DNA of 64,000 nucleotides, taken from IMG/VR virus record IMGVR_UViG_3300021171_000005, positions 29,866-93,865 of that record, one strand, 5' to 3'. The stretch's first letter is position 1; the number at the start of each line of letters is the position of its first letter. This document shows positions 57,863 to 64,000 of this stretch, one piece after another. A model generated the notes under the pieces. It made no database searches and had not been told where the DNA came from. It saw only the letters and a program-made list of their open reading frames with translations. The DNA comes from a virus. The translations under genes were made by a program, and so were the position numbers.

Positions 57863-59551
57863 TTATCTCCTATTCGCTAATGCGCTATTGATACCGGGCA
57901 TGTTCGGCCCCGCATTTGGATTAACTCCATTGCCGGGCGGGAAAGCACTTCCTTTGTACGGTACTGTATTAACGAACTCATTGCCGGTCATTGAACCATT
58001 CGGCCAGCACGCGGCCACATGCTGCGCAATCGTACCGGGCAAACTCCAGCAATTCGTAAGACCGCCGCCAGTTGAATATACACCAAAATTACCGATATCT
58101 ACAACATTATTATCGAAATGAAAGTTGACATTCCCGGTAATCGGACCACCGGCATTGAGTATCCCATTGGCCATCGTAGCTGCTTTGTCCACAGCAGGAG
58201 TTAGCCAACCATCGTTTTGGAATACATTATTTGATACAGTAACGTCGTGATATGGTACTGTGCTATTTCCTCCTGCAAGGAGATTCGTAAACGATCCGCA
58301 CAGATAGCACGTTCCGTACTGCAAGTGATCGAATACATTGTCATGGATTGATTCATTGCCACAGGCAGCAGGCCACCCGCCCAAGTCGTTAGGACCGCAG
58401 CCAAGCTGTAAAGCCTGTCCTGCATACGAACTATAATTGAATCTAACCGTAACATTAGTGACCGCGCATATTGGGCAAACACTTCCACTTACTCCTGCCT
58501 GATTCTTTGGAGTTAGCAATATCGAAGCCCCGACTTGAGTAAAGCCCGCCCAATTATATTGTAGTCTGTTGCCTTGGATCAGAGCGCGATTAACATTCTT
58601 CATCTCGACATGATTCTTTACGATCCACGGATGCTTGATACCATCTTTTCCCGCCGTGCCTCCGTCGTATGTCGGGTCTTGAGGATTCCAAGATGTCGGT
58701 TTAAATATATCATTGTATTGAATTGTAACGTCGGGAGTTACGACAGTTGCGGGGCCTCCGCCAAAGATTACATTCTCGCCAGATGCTTCAAGGAAGTTGT
58801 TCTGAATCAAATAGTTACCGTCAGAACCGGTAGACAACCCACCAGAGATGGCTTGCGCATCCCCGCAACTCCCAGAAATCGCCCGGCAATGAAAATCAGA
58901 AAAATAGCTATTAATGACGGAAGAGTTGGGAGAGTTCGATAAATCAATGCCCCGCGTAGTTTCGTCGGTCGCCGTACCGTGGAACCAACAACGATCAACG
59001 ATAACAGTAGAGCCCAGATTGCGATACAGATTGTAAACAATCCCTGTACCAGATGTGCGCGTAACTTCCAATCCAATCAAACGGACAAACGATCCGCCGG
59101 TTAGCGAAGCGTTTTGGCCGTTGAGAATGATTGTCGGCATGAGTTTTGCCGCGCCGCTAGTTGGTTGGGCGTATGCCGGGCGATTGGGCAAAGAAACGAT
59201 CCCCGCAAATGCGGGAGAAACGCGGACATTCTCGCTTGGCAGTAAAGCCGAAGCAGTCTTAATTGTGATCCATTGCTGCGCCGTGCCATTCGGAAGAACC
59301 AATCCGCTTAATGTCGCAATGAATGCTGGATCAATAACAATTGTGTCGCCGGGTACGGCTGCGTTTAACACCGCCTGTAAGCTCGGCACATTGGCCGGAA
59401 CCAGAATCGGAAGGTTGTCGCTAGGCGTAAAGGATTGTCGGATTTCTGGAACCGACATAGGCAACTGAGCGGGGCCGTCGTATGTCTGTCCAGATGCGGA
59501 CAAAAACGCCCCGCAAATCAATATTGGCATTAGAACCTTGGGGAATTTCAT
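57863..59551 (-). CDS. Secreted right-handed beta-helix (polysaccharide lyase-like) protein
   Basis: Signal peptide; LQA.LNAA.PGDTI; IQNNFLEASGEN; KNHVEMKN; AGGAG RBS before ATG 59551. Confidence 0.7.
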   Translation of the reverse strand: MKFPKVLMPILICGAFLSASGQTYDGPAQLPMSVPEIRQSFTPSDNLPILVPANVPSLQAVLNAAVPGDTIVIDPAFIATLSGLVLPNGTAQQWITIKTASALLPSENVRVSPAFAGIVSLPNRPAYAQPTSGAAKLMPTIILNGQNASLTGGSFVRLIGLEVTRTSGTGIVYNLYRNLGSTVIVDRCWFHGTATDETTRGIDLSNSPNSSVINSYFSDFHCRAISGSCGDAQAISGGLSTGSDGNYLIQNNFLEASGENVIFGGGPATVVTPDVTIQYNDIFKPTSWNPQDPTYDGGTAGKDGIKHPWIVKNHVEMKNVNRALIQGNRLQYNWAGFTQVGASILLTPKNQAGVSGSVCPICAVTNVTVRFNYSSYAGQALQLGCGPNDLGGWPAACGNESIHDNVFDHLQYGTCYLCGSFTNLLAGGNSTVPYHDVTVSNNVFQNDGWLTPAVDKAATMANGILNAGGPITGNVNFHFDNNVVDIGNFGVYSTGGGLTNCWSLPGTIAQHVAACWPNGSMTGNEFVNTVPYKGSAFPPGNGVNPNAGPNMPGINSALANRR

Positions 59552-59997
59552 GTATCTCCTAGTATCCAAAAAAGCGTCCGTATTTATGTACGAGCCTCGC
59601 AACCTGATAGGCAACGTTGACAGCAAGGGCAAAAGCAGTTCCAATCATACAGATATTGTACTCTATTTCGTATTGCAATGTCTACACAAATAATCAGCAG
59701 CCCAAGCATACCATGTGTAAATGCTGACCGACCACGGCCATAAGAATAAACCATGTTTGCATATAATCGGTCTTGGTTTATGAAAATCCTTGCATTCCAC
59801 TGTAAGCTCCCGACTTTAGCGTGAAATCGCGGTTTCCAAATGCTCCAATAAGCCCGGAAAATCAGCGATATTGCCTTCAAATCCTATTACATCCGCGATC
59901 ATTCGGAGCTGGCCGCGCAATACCGCCAACTCAGACATAGCGTAAGCTTCTAGTAGTTGTGAAAGTTCGTCGTCTTTCGTCATGTCGTTACCTCTAT

Positions 59998-60465
59998 TTA
60001 AATGTCGCTATGGGATTCCTTGAGCGCACCCCGCGCAATCTCCATATCAGCCTTGAACGATGGAGCTTGTTCGTCACTAAAGTAAAACGGGTCGCATTCG
60101 ACTGCATAATTTACCCAGCCAATCATTTTTGCTAGCGCTTCATCTTTGGCGGCGAGCTGTTCGCTCAACTCTTCAATTTTCTGGTAATCGATTTCCGACT
60201 GAATCTCTAGTTGCTTAACATCTCGCTGGGCGGATTCGAGTTCCTGACGGAGTTTTTCAGCCAAATCTTGCCATGTTGTAAAGTGTTGCTCGGCTCCCGG
60301 CGTCTCTGGCCGAGGGGCGGGCGCGGTACGCTGTGCGTCGTTATGAAGGATTTGAACTTTCTCGCAGATACAGTTGCTTCCAGTGCGGCATCCCTCAATC
60401 CGATGATCGTGGAGCAGTTGACCAAGCTCGCTTAAGAAATGTGTTGTCGTCTCAGTTTCCGCCAT
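59998..60465 (-). CDS. Hypothetical coiled-coil protein
   Basis: ORF in the early-gene array. Confidence 0.5.
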   Translation of the reverse strand: MAETETTTHFLSELGQLLHDHRIEGCRTGSNCICEKVQILHNDAQRTAPAPRPETPGAEQHFTTWQDLAEKLRQELESAQRDVKQLEIQSEIDYQKIEELSEQLAAKDEALAKMIGWVNYAVECDPFYFSDEQAPSFKADMEIARGALKESHSDI

Positions 60466-60901
60466 TATTCGCCTCCGGCTCCGTGAGCCAATTCTGTATC
60501 TGCCTCAATCCGCGCTCCGTGCGCTGCTCTTGCGGGGTTGCTAAGTTTTTGTGGCAGCAAGAAAAATCGCAGCAACACTCGTTTGTCATTTCGTTGTGTA
60601 CTGAAATTCCCTGCATCCAAAGAGCAGTCTGCTTTACGAGAGATGCCACATACTCGGGTGTCCGATCTCCATTGCGGTCCCATGCACCTTGCATAATTCG
60701 TTCATTCCTGAACTGATCGTGATGCCAATTTTGGGGCGGCGCAGGCGAGGCGGGAGCGGCGTGCCACGGCGTATGCCACGGATGCGTGCACTCCTGTACT
60801 TCGCCCTCGAATTGCATCGCAGGATGCTTTCGCGGATCGGGACTGTCGCAACGCGGGCACCGCTGGGCCTCCCCGGAAGCGGCTGATTTATCAATTTTCA
60901 T
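60452..60901 (-). CDS. Cys/His-rich hypothetical protein
   Basis: CPRC.SP.P..HP...C.HPWH; W..G.S.HN...ECC.DFSCC. Confidence 0.55.
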   Translation of the reverse strand: MKIDKSAASGEAQRCPRCDSPDPRKHPAMQFEGEVQECTHPWHTPWHAAPASPAPPQNWHHDQFRNERIMQGAWDRNGDRTPEYVASLVKQTALWMQGISVHNEMTNECCCDFSCCHKNLATPQEQRTERGLRQIQNWLTEPEANNGGN

Positions 60902-60924
60902 AAGTCCTCAATTAATGTGTGCAA

Positions 60925-61134
60925 TTAAACTAGTTTCCCATCGGCCAGAATGCGGTTGAACTCGGCGTTGTCGTGCTTGCGGCGGTCGTATAGTTCAATG
61001 TCCCAGCCCTCTTGCACGCACAGGACGAACTCCTTCACGGTGACGCCGTGATCCAGAGCAGTTCGAATTGCGTCGGTCAGTTGGTCGCACATGTGGCTGT
61101 AAGCGTAATTCCCCATTCGGTCAGGCAGAGCCAT
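60925..61134 (-). CDS. Small hypothetical protein
   Basis: GGGGAAG RBS; ends in KLV. Confidence 0.5.
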   Translation of the reverse strand: MALPDRMGNYAYSHMCDQLTDAIRTALDHGVTVKEFVLCVQEGWDIELYDRRKHDNAEFNRILADGKLV

Positions 61135-61186
61135 ATCGTCTTCCCCTGCTTAAATTATGTGTTGTTCCGTTCACTTTGATTATGAT

Positions 61187-61438
61187 TTAATCCCCTACCG
61201 CCTCGTATGTCGCCTCGAAAATGTCTGGTTTGCAGGGGTAGAATTCACCTTTCACGCCCTTAATGATCCAATCAAGCGTGTCGGCTGTCATGCAACCTTC
61301 CAGCGTTTCGATGAACAGCTTCGCGCCAGAGTCACTGACATTGAACTTGCCCGGCATGAATTCTGCTATCTCGTATTCGTTGTTGCCGTCCCAACGGATC
61401 GCTTCAATGACTACTGGTTTCTTGCGAAACTTTGCCAT
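61187..61438 (-). CDS. Conserved phage protein (PGDYG-like)
   Basis: [11 protein letters not shown].....TLEG...[22 protein letters not shown]. Confidence 0.8.
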   Translation of the reverse strand: MAKFRKKPVVIEAIRWDGNNEYEIAEFMPGKFNVSDSGAKLFIETLEGCMTADTLDWIIKGVKGEFYPCKPDIFEATYEAVGD

Positions 61439-61455
61439 ATTTCCTCACTTCTAGT

Positions 61456-61713
61456 TTAATCAGACAACTCAATTGATGATTTAAGTGCGTTCGGATCGCG
61501 TTCCACCATGTAGCCCATGTCAGCAAGTTCGCGCAGAATCGCCTGTGCCTTGCATCGCTCGTCGCTCATTCCACAGCAGTAGTGGTCGCAAAACTTAGCC
61601 ATCAGAATGGCGTTTATCATCGCGTGCTCTATCTCGGGAACCTTCAAGCAGGCGTGTTTCTCAAATTCCCCGTCCGTTTCGGTCTTGAAATCGCATACCA
61701 CACAATGTTCCAT
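61456..61713 (-). CDS. Small Zn-binding hypothetical protein
   Basis: CVVC...H.C; GAGGGG RBS. Confidence 0.5.
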   Translation of the reverse strand: MEHCVVCDFKTETDGEFEKHACLKVPEIEHAMINAILMAKFCDHYCCGMSDERCKAQAILRELADMGYMVERDPNALKSSIELSD

Positions 61714-61720
61714 ATCCCCT

Positions 61721-61966
61721 CACTCAACACATGTCTACTGCCCTTTGCGGGGGCTTGGCGGAGGCGGCAAAGGCATCCAATGAGAAATAGAGCCATCTGA
61801 CCAGTGTGTATCAGACTCTGGTCTGCCGCTACGACTGTCGATGTTTACGAAGTTCTTGTTGCCTTCCATGTCATCGGTTACAAAAATCAGCACATCTCGC
61901 CCTATTTTTGGCAATTGGTCGGCAACGGAAATCCATTTCATAAATCCTCCACTCAACACATGTCTA
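61721..61966. repeat. Perfect 17-bp direct repeat CACTCAACACATGTCTA (61721-37, 61950-66) flanking one gene
   Basis: Read directly from the sequence. Confidence 0.9.
61735..61941 (-). CDS. DUF551-family protein
   Basis: MKWISV.D.LP...SHWMPLP.PP. Confidence 0.85.
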   Translation of the reverse strand: MKWISVADQLPKIGRDVLIFVTDDMEGNKNFVNIDSRSGRPESDTHWSDGSISHWMPLPPPPSPRKGQ

Positions 61967-61979
61967 AAGTTTGTGCCAA

Positions 61980-62492
61980 TTAAACTAGTTTCGCCCGTTT
62001 TTCCTTGAAACCACAGTTATCGCAGTCAATTTGGTCGGGGTTTGCCTGAAATACACAGCGATACTTGCTGTCACACTGAGGGCACGGCTCACAACCATAC
62101 ATGTTGGCCGTTGGGCTATTGTAGTCAATTACATTCGACGGTTTCATCTTTATTTGCGGGGCGCGGCTTTCCTTATTGAAATGCCATCCGTCTAGGCATA
62201 TGTCCTTCCCATTATGATATGCGGGATCAAGACTCAGGCGAATTGCGCGGCTTGTGCTACGGCAGCTTGGACACTCATATAGCGCTCTGATTTCTCTTTC
62301 AATTTGCGCAGCGTGCGGTTTGAGATACTTGTCTGTGAATTCTTCCAAGCTTCGCCGACGGTGATATTCGTCCCATATTATGTGGCAATCGCAGAGCATT
62401 CCTCCCTCGCTCTGCCTCCACGAACATTTAGGATCGTGCTCCTCTGTTTTGGTAAGCCGCATAAACTTCCAAGCATCGGGGAAATCCATCAT
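61980..62492 (-). CDS. Cys-rich hypothetical protein
   Basis: Multiple CxxC motifs; ends in KLV; start inferred from ATGA overlap. Confidence 0.5.
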   Translation of the reverse strand: MMDFPDAWKFMRLTKTEEHDPKCSWRQSEGGMLCDCHIIWDEYHRRRSLEEFTDKYLKPHAAQIEREIRALYECPSCRSTSRAIRLSLDPAYHNGKDICLDGWHFNKESRAPQIKMKPSNVIDYNSPTANMYGCEPCPQCDSKYRCVFQANPDQIDCDNCGFKEKRAKLV

Positions 62493-62698
62493 TGTATTTC
62501 GATGTCTCGCGGTACAAACCATTGCCCGACAATGCACGAATTGTGGCCGCTCAGATGATCCGCTGCCCGTACTTCGCCATTGCCGTATTCCACGGCATCG
62601 ATACGAATCCAATCGCCGTATCTGTCCTTTGCGTATACTGGCGTATTCTCAGCTATTGCGCGGCTGGCTTCTTCGAATGTATTCGTTAGCTTTGCCAT
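62489..62698 (-). CDS. Small hypothetical protein
   Basis: Downstream of TTGACA at 62729-34. Confidence 0.45.
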   Translation of the reverse strand: MAKLTNTFEEASRAIAENTPVYAKDRYGDWIRIDAVEYGNGEVRAADHLSGHNSCIVGQWFVPRDIEIQ

Positions 62699-62780
62699 AT
62701 GCGAATCATCCCACATATACGGGGCGATTGTCAAGCATTAATCCACAAATCTTTAGTAACCTTGTCCAGATACGGACAAC

Positions 62781-62957
62781 TCAGTTTATCGCTTCGTCCG
62801 CACTCAGGCGACGGCACCGAACCAATCCGCCATAATATCCGAAATCAATTACGCATACCGGATGTTTGCCGTGCTGGTATGGGCTATTCGGACAATCGTC
62901 GTCGTTTGTCTCGGGTGATAGTTCTTTACCACATGCGGGGCATGTAATGGGCTTCAT
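62781..62957 (-). CDS. 58-aa Zn-ribbon protein (MKPITCPACGKEL...)
   Basis: Translated by hand; fills the gap between two motifs. Confidence 0.45.
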   Translation of the reverse strand: MKPITCPACGKELSPETNDDDCPNSPYQHGKHPVCVIDFGYYGGLVRCRRLSADEAIN

Positions 62958-62994
62958 AGGTTAACTAATACATATATTGTCTAGGTAGATCAAA

Positions 62995-63495
62995 CTAGTT
63001 CGTCGAATCCGCATACCATGTTTGATGTTTTTCGGCAATATGCTCGTTGCCGTCGTATTCGTCAATCTCGTAATCCGTTCCGTCTGGAATTGTCACGATT
63101 GACAGTCGGGCATGAGCACCATTTGCCTTGTCGCCCAATTCTTCAACAACCTGAATCAGTTTAGGATCGTGGCGTTCGAGGCAGCGGCCATGATCGACAC
63201 TGTGACTATCCGCAGCGTCATTAGCTGCCTTACGCTCTTCAAATGTCATGTCGCCCCAGTTATCAGTGCGAGGCAAAACTTCGTTGGGGTTAGGGATGTC
63301 GTAAGCGTACCACACGAATGCTTTTTTTGCTTCCTCGACGGACACGGGTACAAGCGCGTGGGGGTCTAATCCGCCATCCGGCTTCCGCCCCATCACAAAG
63401 AAGTAGCATTCTCGGCCATTGAGTTCAGCAAGTCGCTTTGTCGCAAGCGGTGATAGACTGAACCCACCAAAACAGCTATTGATTACTACTTTCAT
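62995..63495 (-). CDS. Conserved phage protein
   Basis: KVVIN.CFGGFSLS...RHDP.LIQVVEELG...I.EYDG.E. Confidence 0.75.
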   Translation of the reverse strand: MKVVINSCFGGFSLSPLATKRLAELNGRECYFFVMGRKPDGGLDPHALVPVSVEEAKKAFVWYAYDIPNPNEVLPRTDNWGDMTFEERKAANDAADSHSVDHGRCLERHDPKLIQVVEELGDKANGAHARLSIVTIPDGTDYEIDEYDGNEHIAEKHQTWYADSTN

Positions 63496-63706
63496 GTCGC
63501 AGACCTCATTAAATTAATCAAGTCAATCATACCTTGTTGTCGCTAGCAACGCCAGTAATCCCACCAAAACCGCATCAATTCTCTGATTCCAATAGAGACA
63601 CAAACACATGCCGATCATTGCCGTGACTCGGAACCCGAAATTGGCTTGTTTGCTCATCATTAACTCATGTGTAAAGCTGTTTAGACAATTTATGTCTTAA
63701 TGTCGC

Positions 63707-64000
63707 TTACTCCGCGAACTTAACAAACTTACCGCCCTTAAGCAAGTAAAATGTATCGGCTTTAATCTTCTTGCCATCTACTTTGACAGTTTTAACGTCT
63801 ATGCGGTTCCATTCGTCTTTCACTTCTTTCCATTCAGCCAAAGTCAGCCAGCATCCGACCGCGCCCTTGGCTTTACCTTCTATTCCAAGAGATACGGCAC
63901 AGCCCTGTTTTCCGGTGTTGGTCGCGGCGCTCTGGTAGCCAGTGTTGGTCGCGGCGCTCTGGTAGCCAGTGTTGGTCGCGGCGCTCTGGTAGCCAGTGTT
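63707..64000 (-). CDS. Partial phage protein with NTGYQSAAT repeats, truncated by the window edge
   Basis: 27-bp tandem coding repeat followed by KAKG..G.WL.LAEW...VDG..IKADTFY.L. Confidence 0.85.
   Translation of the reverse strand, partial: NTGYQSAATNTGYQSAATNTGYQSAATNTGKQGCAVSLGIEGKAKGAVGCWLTLAEWKEVKDEWNRIDVKTVKVDGKKIKADTFYLLKGGKFVKFAE

Larger units (their letters stand above)
1316..62779. repeat. Dispersed 18-bp motif TTGTCC-RGAWVY-GGACAA, at least 24 copies
   Basis: Individual copies are listed in the findings. Confidence 0.85.
49535..63002 (-). repeat. Gene-boundary motif GAAACTAGTTTAA, about 8 copies
   Basis: Copies at 49535, 55915, 56070, 56265, 57495, 60925, 61980, 62990. Confidence 0.8.

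Noticed and set aside
56265-62492. Shared C-terminal KLV as a degradation or targeting tag
   Set aside because: The underlying DNA motif also occurs in the other two frames, so the signal is nucleic-acid level.
544-63369. Many 60-200 aa ORFs antisense to or nested in larger genes (e.g. 14953-15567, 17256-17882, 35715-36212)
   Set aside because: They are shadow ORFs of well-supported genes, with no motifs or RBS.
63914-64000. 27-bp tandem repeat resembling a CRISPR array
   Set aside because: There are no spacers, and the unit is in frame, encoding NTGYQSAAT repeats of a common phage protein.

Overview
This window is a 64-kb segment of a large tailed dsDNA phage or prophage with a podovirus-like virion module. 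Bases 1-29545 (+ strand) carry virion genes: adaptor and tail-tube paralogues, a P22 gp10/T7 gp12-like nozzle, three ejection-like proteins, many Ser/Thr/Gly-rich fibre or decoration proteins, an SGNH hydrolase, a pectate-lyase-like spike, a GT4 glycosyltransferase and a zincin protease. Bases 29546-64000 (mostly - strand) carry nucleotide-pool enzymes, RecA, a DEDD exonuclease, lysozyme, a beta clamp, a primase-helicase, an initiator with iterons, SSB, ERF, an RNA ligase, a tyrosine recombinase, PolA and many small early genes. About eight HNH/EndoVII nucleases are scattered throughout. No CRISPR array or tRNA was found. The strongest unexplained signals are non-coding: (1) an 18-bp quasi-palindrome TTGTCC-RGAWVY-GGACAA, at least 24 copies genome-wide and mostly inside genes; (2) a palindrome AAACTAGTTT overlapping the stop codons of small early genes in all three frames, near an arm-less tyrosine recombinase, with one gene flanked by a perfect 17-bp direct repeat (a possible gene-cassette system); (3) three or four highly structured candidate ncRNAs; (4) strong over-representation of TGCGGGG and apparent absence of CCWGG. 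All counts were made by eye and all protein calls come from motif recognition, not database searches.
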